Source: an uncultured delta proteobacterium (GTDB lineage: Bacteria > Desulfobacterota > Binatia > JACPRU01). Taken from it: DNA of 64,000 nucleotides. Shown here piece by piece: positions 12,279 to 19,958 of this stretch. The translations under genes and the position numbers were made by a program. Where the stretch lies: positions 224,001 to 288,000 of the forward strand of contig CAVUWD010000016.1 in assembly GCA_963745025.1 (NCBI GenBank), read 5' to 3'. Each line of letters begins with the position of its first letter. Within the stretch, counting starts at the first letter, position 1. Below the pieces are notes generated by a model. That model ran no database searches. It was not told the DNA's origin and was given only the letters and a program-made list of their open reading frames with translations.

Positions 12279-12313
12279 TGCCCGACAATTCAGCATTGCC
12301 TAGAGAATCGGCG
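12279..12313. promoter_or_regulatory. Tandem NtrC-like enhancer sites
   Basis: TGCCCGACAATTCAGCA and TGCCTAGAGAATCGGCG (TGC-N11-GCA/G) lying between two sigma54 promoters. Confidence 0.45.
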
Positions 12314-12385
12314 GCCTCTCGCGCGCAAGTTCACACCTGACGCGCGACCACTTCGATCGGCAGCACCATTCCGCGCTCGCCTTCG

Positions 12386-12402
12386 TTGGTATTGCCCTTG
12401 CA
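12386..12402 (+). promoter_or_regulatory. Sigma54 (-24/-12) promoter for second P-II operon
   Basis: TTGGTATTGCCCTTGCA = GG-N10-GC. Confidence 0.7.
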
Positions 12403-12629
12403 CCCAAAAACGCGGAGGGTTGACCCGTGAGTCTGAGGATGGATCTGCCGAGGCCCCTCGACGGATTCACAGTTCGACCGAAGACGAGATGCGAGGGCGG
12501 GCGGGCTAATTTCGCAACTCGGTCGCCGTTCTGTTCATGAACCGGAGCTTCTTTCGCCGTCGCGGTCGGACGGTCACCGCACAGTTCCTGAAGCGGGTCG
12601 GTCTCGGCCCGGCCGCCCGGGGCGAGTGC

Positions 12630-12968
12630 GTGAAGAAGGTCGAAGCGATCATCCAGCCGTTCAAGCTGGACGAGGTCAAAGCCGCTCTGGCGGCCGAGGG
12701 CATCCGCGGCATCACGGTCATGGAGGTCCAGGGGTTCGGCCGCCAAAAGGGGCACCCGGATCTCTATCGAGGCGCCGAATACGCCATCGACTTGCGTAAC
12801 AAGATCAAGCTCGAAATTTTCGTTGCTGCGTCTCAAGTGGCCACCGTCTGCAAGACGATCGAGCAGAGCGCCAGGACCGGACGCATCGGCGACGGGAAAA
12901 TCTTCATCAGCCAGGTCGACGAGGTCGTGCGGATTCGCACCGGCGAGCGCGGAACCGAGGCACTGTGA
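12630..12968 (+). CDS. glnK: Second P-II nitrogen regulator
   Basis: [44 protein letters not shown]; GTG start gives the canonical 112 aa. Confidence 0.93.
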   Translation: MKKVEAIIQPFKLDEVKAALAAEGIRGITVMEVQGFGRQKGHPDLYRGAEYAIDLRNKIKLEIFVAASQVATVCKTIEQSARTGRIGDGKIFISQVDEVVRIRTGERGTEAL

Positions 12969-13111
12969 GAATCGCAATCGCGGCGGTGGCCACCGTGGTG
13001 GTGCTGCTCGTCGGCGTCGCCGGGGCGCCTCCGCTGCCCGTGGCTATCGGCGGCCTGGCGGCGTTCGGGTGGATCTGGTGGCGCTCGGGGCGCGGTGCCG
13101 CGAAGCTCTGA
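12965..13111 (+). CDS. 48-aa two-helix membrane protein (below ORF-track cutoff)
   Basis: GTGA overlap with P-II stop; translates MRIAIAAVATVVVLLVGVAGAPPLPVAIGGLAAFGWIWWRSGRGAAKL. Confidence 0.6.
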   Translation: MRIAIAAVATVVVLLVGVAGAPPLPVAIGGLAAFGWIWWRSGRGAAKL

Positions 13112-13135
13112 ACGGAGGCTCGCCCGGCCGGCGCC

Positions 13136-14506
13136 GTGTCAGGCGCCGCGCTTGGCCATCAGGATCCGGCGCCGCAGCGCGAGCACGGTCTCGTCTCGCC
13201 GGATCCAGCAGCGCGTCTCGACGTAGAGCACGCCGCGGCCCGGCCAGTGCTGGACGAGCTCGCCGACCGCGTAGTCTTCGAAGAATCGTCCCCGCCGCTG
13301 CATGCGATTCCCTGCTTGCGGTCTCTTCCGAAATGGGACAATTTCGACAAAGGCAAGTTCGGCATGTCGTTAGAGCTCCGAGAAGAAACGATCGACGCCG
13401 TCCTCCGCGAGGCACGGACGCTTGCGCCTGCAATCGCTCTACCGTCGCGCGACGACTCGGGACGCGAGCTTTCCGTCGCCGAGATGGTGGCGTTCTTCTA
13501 TTCCAAGCATGACGCCGAGAGCCTCCGGGCGGCGGCCGTCGCCCGACGCGGGCGGCGTGCCTTCGATCTCGAGACGTTCTCGCCCCTCTACCTGACCAAT
13601 ACCTGCGACTCCGAATGCAAGATGTGCGGAATGCGGAGGGACAATCGGGAGCTCGAGCGGCAGACCGCGAATCCCGCGGAGATCCAAGGACAGCTCGAGA
13701 TCCTTTGGGCACGAGGAGTCTTGGCGGTCGCGCTGCTCACCGGCGAGTACCAGCGCGATACCCGACAGTGGTCGATCGCGCTGACGCGCGACGCGCTCCG
13801 CCGGGCGCTCACGCTCGGCTTCCGCCACATATTGATCAACATCGGGTCGCTCGACGAGCGCGAGCTCGCGGATCTGCTTGCCGACGTCCCGCGCGGCGCC
13901 GACGGCCGCACGCTGCCCAAGGTGACTCTCTGCACCTTCCAGGAGACCTACGACCGCGAGACCTACCGCCGCTTCATGGGTGACAATCGCGAAAACCCGC
14001 GCGCCGACTTCGAGCGGCGTCTGGAAAACTTCGATCGCGCCGCGCGTGCCGGGATGCGTGTCGTCAATCCCGGCGTGCTGCTCGGTCTGTGTGCCGATCT
14101 CGCCTACGAGCTCACCGCGCTCGCGCTGCACGTTCGCCATCTACTCGCGCTCGGGCTCGAGGTCTACGTGTCGGTGCCGCGCCTGCGCCAAGCCTCCGGC
14201 GCCGAGAACTCGCGCGGTGTGTCCGACGACGAATTCGTCCGGCTCGTGGCGATACTCTCCTTGGGTGTTCCCGAGGCGAAGATCGTCATCACCACGCGGG
14301 AGTCGTCGGAAGTGCAGCGTCGGGTGTTGCCGATGGTGAGCGTGTTGTCGGCGGGCTCGTCGGCGGTCGCGCCCTATACCGAGACGGGAGCGCGCTTCCC
14401 GCTCGAAGCAAGCCAGTTCAAGGTCATCGACCAGCGACCGATCGAAACGATCCTCGCCGAGTACATCGCCGAGGGGGTTCGCTTCGAAAACTACCAAGCG
14501 CCGTAG
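13136..14506 (+). CDS. Radical SAM aromatic amino-acid lyase, NosL-like (tryptophan lyase / 3-methyl-2-indolic acid synthase family)
   Basis: TFSPLYLTNTCDSECKMCGMR, LLTGEY, NIGSL, TLCTFQETYDRETYRRFMG, VNPGVLLGL, SVPRLR, ITTRE, SAGSSAVAPY, SQF..D.R; start uncertain. Confidence 0.85.
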   Translation: MSGAALGHQDPAPQREHGLVSPDPAARLDVEHAAARPVLDELADRVVFEESSPPLHAIPCLRSLPKWDNFDKGKFGMSLELREETIDAVLREARTLAPAIALPSRDDSGRELSVAEMVAFFYSKHDAESLRAAAVARRGRRAFDLETFSPLYLTNTCDSECKMCGMRRDNRELERQTANPAEIQGQLEILWARGVLAVALLTGEYQRDTRQWSIALTRDALRRALTLGFRHILINIGSLDERELADLLADVPRGADGRTLPKVTLCTFQETYDRETYRRFMGDNRENPRADFERRLENFDRAARAGMRVVNPGVLLGLCADLAYELTALALHVRHLLALGLEVYVSVPRLRQASGAENSRGVSDDEFVRLVAILSLGVPEAKIVITTRESSEVQRRVLPMVSVLSAGSSAVAPYTETGARFPLEASQFKVIDQRPIETILAEYIAEGVRFENYQAP

Positions 14507-14551
14507 GCGCGGGTGGACGTCTCGGCCGGGCGGTCGTCCAGCGGATCGGGC

Positions 14552-15910
14552 TCAGGCCTTCATCAGCCGGCGGCGCCGGAGCCGGGTCCGCAGCACGCGG
14601 CCGAGCACGTTTAGGGCCGTCGCGGCATCCATCCTCGGCCACTCCAGGAGCGCCTCCATGACGCTCGCCGGCTTGCGTCCGGGCCTTCGCCAATCCGCGA
14701 TCTGCGTCGGCTTGTAGACCTTCGGCGTGCGCACGAGCGCGGTCGGATCCAGCAGGTCGCCGCGTCGCGCGGCCTCGGCCACCACCGGTACGCCGAGCTT
14801 CTCGCTCGCCGCGCGCACGGCCCGAACATCGATCGCGGGTCGAGCGCCGTCGACTTCCACGCAGAACACCACGTCCGCCGCGCGAATGACCGCGAAGAAG
14901 ACGCGCGAACCGTGCGCCTCCGCCAGATCGTAGCCGCAGTCGAGGATGTCGGCGGGGTAAACGCGCTTGCCGGCGAAATCGGCCACCTCGTCTTGCCGAC
15001 CGAGCAGGTCGATCGCCGGCTCGGGGCGGCCGCAGGCGCAGGGAATCACGCGGATGAAGTCGCGCGTCAGGTAGCGGACGAGCGGCATGGCCTTCGGGCC
15101 GAGGTGGGTGAGCGCGAACACGCCTGGCTCGCCGGGCTCGACCGGCTTCAGCGTTTCGGGATCGAGCACCTCCGCCACGAACAGGCGGGTGTCGAGGTGA
15201 AGCGTTCCCCGCTGGCAGGAGGCGCCGAGGAACAGCGTCTCGTTCGAGCCGTAGATCTCGCGCACCGTGACGCGCCAGTCGCGTTCGACCATGCGTCGCA
15301 TGGCGGCGGGCAGCGGCGCTCCGGCGAGCACCGCCATCTCGAGCGAGTCGAGCTCGCGAGCGGGATCGATGCCGAGCGTCAGCGCGAGCTCCCGGAGCAA
15401 GAACATTTCCAGCGGCAGACAAGCGATGATCTGCGGCCGCAGCGTGCGCAGAAAGTCGAGAGCGCGGGGGAAGGGGACGTCCCAGGAGAGGTTTCCGCAC
15501 GGAATGTGGCAGCCCCCTTGGAGCTGGAGTGCCGACTCGATGCAGAAGGAGATCGGCGCGAAGGAGGGGAAGCGATCGAGGAAGATCTTTCCCGGCGTCC
15601 ACTCGGGAAACCATCGCGCCACCGACTGCCCCATGATCGCGAATTCTTCCTTTCGGTACCAGCAGGCGATGGGCTGTCCCGTCGTTCCCGTCGATTCGTG
15701 ATAGTGCCAGAGTTCTTCGCGCGGCACCGCGAGCATGCCGAACGGCGTCGCCTCGCGGAGATGGTCTTTGCTGGTGACCGGCAAGCGATCGAGGTCGGCG
15801 AGCGAGCGCGCCTCGCTCTTCTTCAAATGCTCGGCGTAGAAGGGTGCGCGGCGCGCAAGCGACACGGTCTCGCGAAGGAGCGCCTCGGCGTCGGGATGGG
15901 TCGCGTACAC
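14552..15910 (-). CDS. Phenylacetate-CoA ligase (PaaK)/IaaL/F390-synthetase-family adenylate-forming enzyme
   Basis: LPVTSKDHLR, HESTGTTGQP P-loop, LAGAP, IYGSNET, MPLVRYLTRD, CACGR, LGRQDE. Confidence 0.88.
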   Translation of the reverse strand: MYATHPDAEALLRETVSLARRAPFYAEHLKKSEARSLADLDRLPVTSKDHLREATPFGMLAVPREELWHYHESTGTTGQPIACWYRKEEFAIMGQSVARWFPEWTPGKIFLDRFPSFAPISFCIESALQLQGGCHIPCGNLSWDVPFPRALDFLRTLRPQIIACLPLEMFLLRELALTLGIDPARELDSLEMAVLAGAPLPAAMRRMVERDWRVTVREIYGSNETLFLGASCQRGTLHLDTRLFVAEVLDPETLKPVEPGEPGVFALTHLGPKAMPLVRYLTRDFIRVIPCACGRPEPAIDLLGRQDEVADFAGKRVYPADILDCGYDLAEAHGSRVFFAVIRAADVVFCVEVDGARPAIDVRAVRAASEKLGVPVVAEAARRGDLLDPTALVRTPKVYKPTQIADWRRPGRKPASVMEALLEWPRMDAATALNVLGRVLRTRLRRRRLMKA

Positions 15911-15915
15911 GGGCG

Positions 15916-17613
15916 TCAGAACCGCGCCCAGAGCGGCGTCGGGTGAGGCGGTAACGTGTCGACGACGACGTCGAACTGGGCGAGCAGCGTTCCCTCCGCC
16001 TGCCGCAGAGCCGCGAGCGAGACGTTGTAGTCGATCAGCGCCTGGATCTCGGCGGCGCGCGCCGCGGTGACTCGCTGCTGGAAGTCCAGAATGTCCTTGG
16101 TCGTCGCCAGGCCGACGTCGTAGCGCTTCTTCTGCTGCTCGAGGTTTTCCTCGGCGAGCTCACGTGCGAGGCGCGTGACGGTGATGCGTTTCGAGTTCGA
16201 GCGCACGTTGCCGATGGCTTTCCGCGCCTCGAGCGTGACGTTGGCGAGGAGCTGGCGATAGGAGAGCTCACCACGACGGAGGTCGATCTGGCTCTGGACG
16301 TATTCCGCCTCGGCGGTCGTGTTGCCGAGCGGGACCGTGAAGGACAGGCCTCCCGAATAGGAATTGAAGTCGTCGCTCGCCAGCCGATCGAGGCTCTTGC
16401 CGTAATCCCCGGTGAACGGCGTGACCACCGTCTGGCCGGTCTGCGGATCGGTCTGCGGAACGCCGCGTCCCGACAGACCGTTGAGCCCGTAGCTGGCGTT
16501 CAGGTTCAGGCCGGGTAAGAGATTGTTGCGGTTGATCTTGGCGAGAATCTTGCGGTTCTCGATGTCGTAGCGCGCCTGCAGCACCTCCGGACGTCGCTCG
16601 ACCGCGTCGACCAGGATCTCCTGCTCGTCTACGGTGACGTCGCGAACCTCTGGGCTGTCGATCGGCTCGATCGGTCGGGGCACGAAGGCACCCTCGGGGT
16701 TGCGCTGGAGGAGCAGGCGAAGGCTGTCGGACGCGATGCTCACCGCGTTCTCGGCACTGATCACTCGCGCCTCGCGGCTCGCCGCGTCCGCTTCCGCCTC
16801 CTTGACGGCGACCGGCGGAAGAGTGCCCGCGCGGACACGGGCCTCGTTCTCCCGGAGGAGCGTCTGCGCGAGCCGCAGGCCATCCTGCTCCGCCTTGAGG
16901 TTTTCCCTTGCCTGCACGACGCCCCAGTAGGCCTCGACGACCTGCCGCACGAGCGCCACGGCCCGAGACAGGTACTGGTAGTAGGCGACGCTCGAGTTCG
17001 CCTCCGCGGAGCGCACGAGTAGGATCGTCAGGTCGATGCCGAAGTTCTTGAGCAGCGGCTGCGACACGCTGAACAAGACAGTCGGAAGGTACTGGGGGCG
17101 CAGGCCGTAAAACCGCGAGTTGGTATCCGTCTCCGTGGAGCTGCCGGCGATGGTGAACGTCGCTCCCGAGCGCAGCAGCTTTTGCAGCGACAGTGCGTAG
17201 ACGTAGTCTTTCTCGCGGAGCACTTGCGCGCCCTGCAGAACGGAGCTCGCAGGAACGACCGAGCGCTCGACGGTTCCGCTCGCCTGGAACGTCGGGTCGA
17301 AAATGCCGTTGGCGCGATCGACGTCGGCGCGCGCGAACTCGGGTCCGAGGCGCTCGACGGCGATTCCCGGATTGTTCTGGAGCGCAGCCGCAACTGCCTC
17401 GCGCAACGACAGGCGCTCGAGCGTATCGTCGCGGCTCTCGAGGTAGGCTCGTGGCTCGGGCTTCGGCTGGATGCTTTCGCTCGTCCACTGCTCGCGGAGC
17501 TGCTTCGGGAAGGAGGGAATGGGGAAGTCGTCGCTGGCCGATCCGGCGAAGACTGCGGTCGGAACGATCGAGCAGACGAGCAGCGCGGCGCCGATGACGA
17601 CGAATCGGTTCAT
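15916..17613 (-). CDS. TolC-family outer-membrane efflux protein
   Basis: Signal peptide, LSLREAVAAALQNNP, SQPLLKNFG, VVEAYW, RYDVGLATTKDILD; ATG 17613 with GAGG RBS. Confidence 0.9.
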   Translation of the reverse strand: MNRFVVIGAALLVCSIVPTAVFAGSASDDFPIPSFPKQLREQWTSESIQPKPEPRAYLESRDDTLERLSLREAVAAALQNNPGIAVERLGPEFARADVDRANGIFDPTFQASGTVERSVVPASSVLQGAQVLREKDYVYALSLQKLLRSGATFTIAGSSTETDTNSRFYGLRPQYLPTVLFSVSQPLLKNFGIDLTILLVRSAEANSSVAYYQYLSRAVALVRQVVEAYWGVVQARENLKAEQDGLRLAQTLLRENEARVRAGTLPPVAVKEAEADAASREARVISAENAVSIASDSLRLLLQRNPEGAFVPRPIEPIDSPEVRDVTVDEQEILVDAVERRPEVLQARYDIENRKILAKINRNNLLPGLNLNASYGLNGLSGRGVPQTDPQTGQTVVTPFTGDYGKSLDRLASDDFNSYSGGLSFTVPLGNTTAEAEYVQSQIDLRRGELSYRQLLANVTLEARKAIGNVRSNSKRITVTRLARELAEENLEQQKKRYDVGLATTKDILDFQQRVTAARAAEIQALIDYNVSLAALRQAEGTLLAQFDVVVDTLPPHPTPLWARF

Positions 17614-17731
17614 GGATCCTCGCCGCTTATGCGCCACCTCCAGGGAAGTCAAACCAGAGGGTTGCAATTGTCTTCGCATGGCCTTTTCCTTATGTTTGGG
17701 GCGGTGACGAGGACCAGCGCCGCGAGGGGCC

Positions 17732-17974
17732 GCAGCGTACGCTACCAACGGGCTCTTCTTCGGTGAGTTCCTGGCAGGCCGAGAATTGCTGCTCGAGTAC
17801 ATCGAGCGGATCGAGATCATCCGCGGACCGGTATCGGCGCTCTATGCTCAGGCCGTCGCAGATCGGCGTGCGGGCCTCGATCGTCACCGCGTCGCCGCCA
17901 ACCGACGGGTCGAAGATCAGTTGGGTGTGAATTTCGTACCCGCCTTCCGTCACGACGTGGAGATCCGCGAGTGA
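17732..17974 (+). pseudogene. Remnant of TonB-dependent receptor plug domain
   Basis: Reads AAYATNGLFFGEFLAGRELLLEYIERIEIIRGPVSALY, then loses similarity. Confidence 0.6.
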
Positions 17975-17996
17975 AAGGCTCTGTCCTGATCGTTTC

Positions 17997-19691
17997 GTGA
18001 GCCCGCTCGCTTCATCATCGAGCTCGATGCCGGCCGCCCCCGCCCGCGCTCGAACCGCGGTGTTTGGCCGCAACCCTCGAGGACTCGGTTTGCGCGCGAA
18101 GTTTCTGATGCTGGCGAGCATCGGTTTCATCGTCAGCGGCGTGGTGTTCGGCTGGGCATTCTCGCGACAGTACCAGACCCTGCTGCGCTCGGAGTTCCAA
18201 AAGCGCGGCGAAACGCTGGCGCGTGGCCTGGCAGCCAACGGTCGGCTCGACGTCTGGGCGGAGAACAAAGAACGGCTGGCGCGCCTGGCGGAGAGCGCTC
18301 GCGAGGAAGCCGACGTGGTGGCCGCATCGGTCTATAACGCGCGCGGCGAGGTGTTGGCCCGCGTCGAGAAGGTTCGTGGCGCCGCGGCAGAGCGGGCGCC
18401 GGTCGTGCCCAGTTTCATCGCCGTGGAGGCGAAGACGCTGCCGGACGGAGCGCGCGCGCTTTCCGTCCTCGCGCCGGTGGAGCTGCAAGTCGAAGCCGGC
18501 CGCGTTCCCGACGAGTCCGCCGCGCGGCTCGGCGGATCGAGCGGCAAGCCGATGCGCGCCGAGGCGCTCGGCGCGATCGAGATCGTGTTCGGCCTGCGCG
18601 CCGTCGAGCAGCGTATCGCCGACGTACAGGCCACGACGATGACGATGACCGCGGGAATCGCCGGCATCGGCATCGTGCTCGTGTTCTGGCTCTCGCGCGT
18701 TTTCGTGGTGCCGATCGAGCGCATGGCCGTCGCGGCTCGGCGGATCGCCGCCGGCGACTTCCGCGGGAGTGCGACGGTCCGCCGCAGCGACGAGCTCGGC
18801 GAGCTCGCGGAGGCGTTCAACACGATGACCACGACTCTCGCGGAACGCGAGGAGGAGCTCCGCCGCGTGAATCAGTCGCTCGAGCACAAGGTGCGCGAGC
18901 GCACTTCCGAGCTCCAGATCAAGCAATCGGAGCGAATCGCCGCCCACGTGGAGCTCGAGCGCGCGAGTCGGTTGAAGTTCGAATTTCTCGCCAACATGTC
19001 GCATGAGCTGCGCACGCCGCTGCATGCGGTGAATGGCTTCTCGGAGCTCTTGCTCGAGCAGAGCTCCGGGCCGCTCGTACCGAAGCAGCAGCGATACGTC
19101 GAGAACATTCTCGCCAACGGCAAGCACCTGCTCCAGCTGATCAACGATATCCTCGACCTCTCGAAGATCGAGGCCGGACGGATGGATCTGCGGCTCGAGG
19201 AGTTCTCGCTCCAGCAAACGATCGAGAGCGCCGTCAGCGTGATCGAGCCGCTCGCCCAGAAGAAGGGGCTCGCGATCGAGGTGTCGATCGAATCCGGGCT
19301 CGATCCCGTGCGGCTGGACCGGGGCAAGACGAAGCAGATTCTGTACAACCTGATGAGTAACGCCGTGAAGTTCACCGATGCGGGACGAATCACGATCTCC
19401 GCGGCGCGTGGCGGCCGGGGGCGGGGAGGGGTGGAGGTGGTCGTCGCCGATACGGGCATCGGCATCCGCGCCGACGACCAGAAGCGGATCTTTCGCGAGT
19501 TCGAGCAGGTGGATGGCGCCCATTCGCGAAAATACGAGGGAACCGGTCTCGGCCTCTCGTTGACGCGCCGCCTCGTGGAGCTTCAGGGAGGGAGCATTCG
19601 CCTGGAGAGCGAGCTCGGCCGCGGCAGCCGATTCATCGTTCGACTGCCGGCGAACCCGGAGGCGCCGCGAAACGGAAGCGAGGGGAGGTAG
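17997..19691 (+). CDS. HAMP-domain sensor histidine kinase
   Basis: 2 TM, DELGELAEAFNTM HAMP, FLANMSHELRTPL H-box, NLMSNAVKFT, DTGIGI, GTGLGL. Confidence 0.95.
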   Translation: MSPLASSSSSMPAAPARARTAVFGRNPRGLGLRAKFLMLASIGFIVSGVVFGWAFSRQYQTLLRSEFQKRGETLARGLAANGRLDVWAENKERLARLAESAREEADVVAASVYNARGEVLARVEKVRGAAAERAPVVPSFIAVEAKTLPDGARALSVLAPVELQVEAGRVPDESAARLGGSSGKPMRAEALGAIEIVFGLRAVEQRIADVQATTMTMTAGIAGIGIVLVFWLSRVFVVPIERMAVAARRIAAGDFRGSATVRRSDELGELAEAFNTMTTTLAEREEELRRVNQSLEHKVRERTSELQIKQSERIAAHVELERASRLKFEFLANMSHELRTPLHAVNGFSELLLEQSSGPLVPKQQRYVENILANGKHLLQLINDILDLSKIEAGRMDLRLEEFSLQQTIESAVSVIEPLAQKKGLAIEVSIESGLDPVRLDRGKTKQILYNLMSNAVKFTDAGRITISAARGGRGRGGVEVVVADTGIGIRADDQKRIFREFEQVDGAHSRKYEGTGLGLSLTRRLVELQGGSIRLESELGRGSRFIVRLPANPEAPRNGSEGR

Positions 19692-19755
19692 TTCATGGGC
19701 GGGGCGCCCCCTCACCATTTGCCCAGATGCCGAGATGATCCACGACCACCCGGCG

Positions 19756-19784
19756 TTGACGGAAGCCGGGTCATTGGCTAGAGG
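19756..19784 (+). promoter_or_regulatory. Sigma70-type promoter candidate
   Basis: TTGACG-N17-TAGAGG ending about 7 nt before the riboswitch. Confidence 0.45.
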
Positions 19785-19791
19785 AGCCACT

Positions 19792-19890
19792 GGAAGTGCG
19801 CAACTGGCGAAGTGGATGCACCACGAGGGAGCGCGCTTCTTCCACTCGTGATCGGGTGGATGAGTCGAGCGGGTCGCACGCCTGGGCCTC
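19792..19890 (+). ncRNA. ZMP/ZTP riboswitch (pfl motif)
   Basis: P1 GAAGTGCGC/GCGCGCTTC enclosing AACTGGCGAA-GTGGATGCACCAC-GAGGGA; downstream GGGTCGCACGCCTGGGC with CGCCT pseudoknot partner of TGGCG. Confidence 0.9.
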
Positions 19891-19922
19891 CGCGGGAGCG
19901 ATGAGGTGCCGGGCTTTTTTTT
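19880..19922 (+). terminator. Intrinsic terminator (riboswitch expression platform)
   Basis: GCCTGGGCCTC...GAGGTGCCGGGC stem followed by T8; overlaps P3 of the aptamer. Confidence 0.75.
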
Positions 19923-19958
19923 GGACGGAACGATGATGAAGATGATGAACAGGAAGCG

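Noticed and set aside
13136-14506. Annotation as thiamine biosynthesis ThiH or hydrogenase maturase HydG
   Set aside because: The cluster motif is CDSECKMC rather than CxxxCxYC, there is no HydG C-terminal Cys motif, no thi or hyd genes are nearby, and downstream blocks match NosL as recalled
13000-17700. Thiopeptide/RiPP biosynthetic cluster
   Set aside because: No Ser/Thr/Cys-rich precursor, YcaO, dehydratase, carrier protein or class C methylase seen in the window
19749-19771. Hairpin CCCGGC-GTTGACGGAA-GCCGGG as a second riboswitch
   Set aside because: No full aptamer consensus; better explained as overlapping the -35 box or as a terminator-like stem after the kinase
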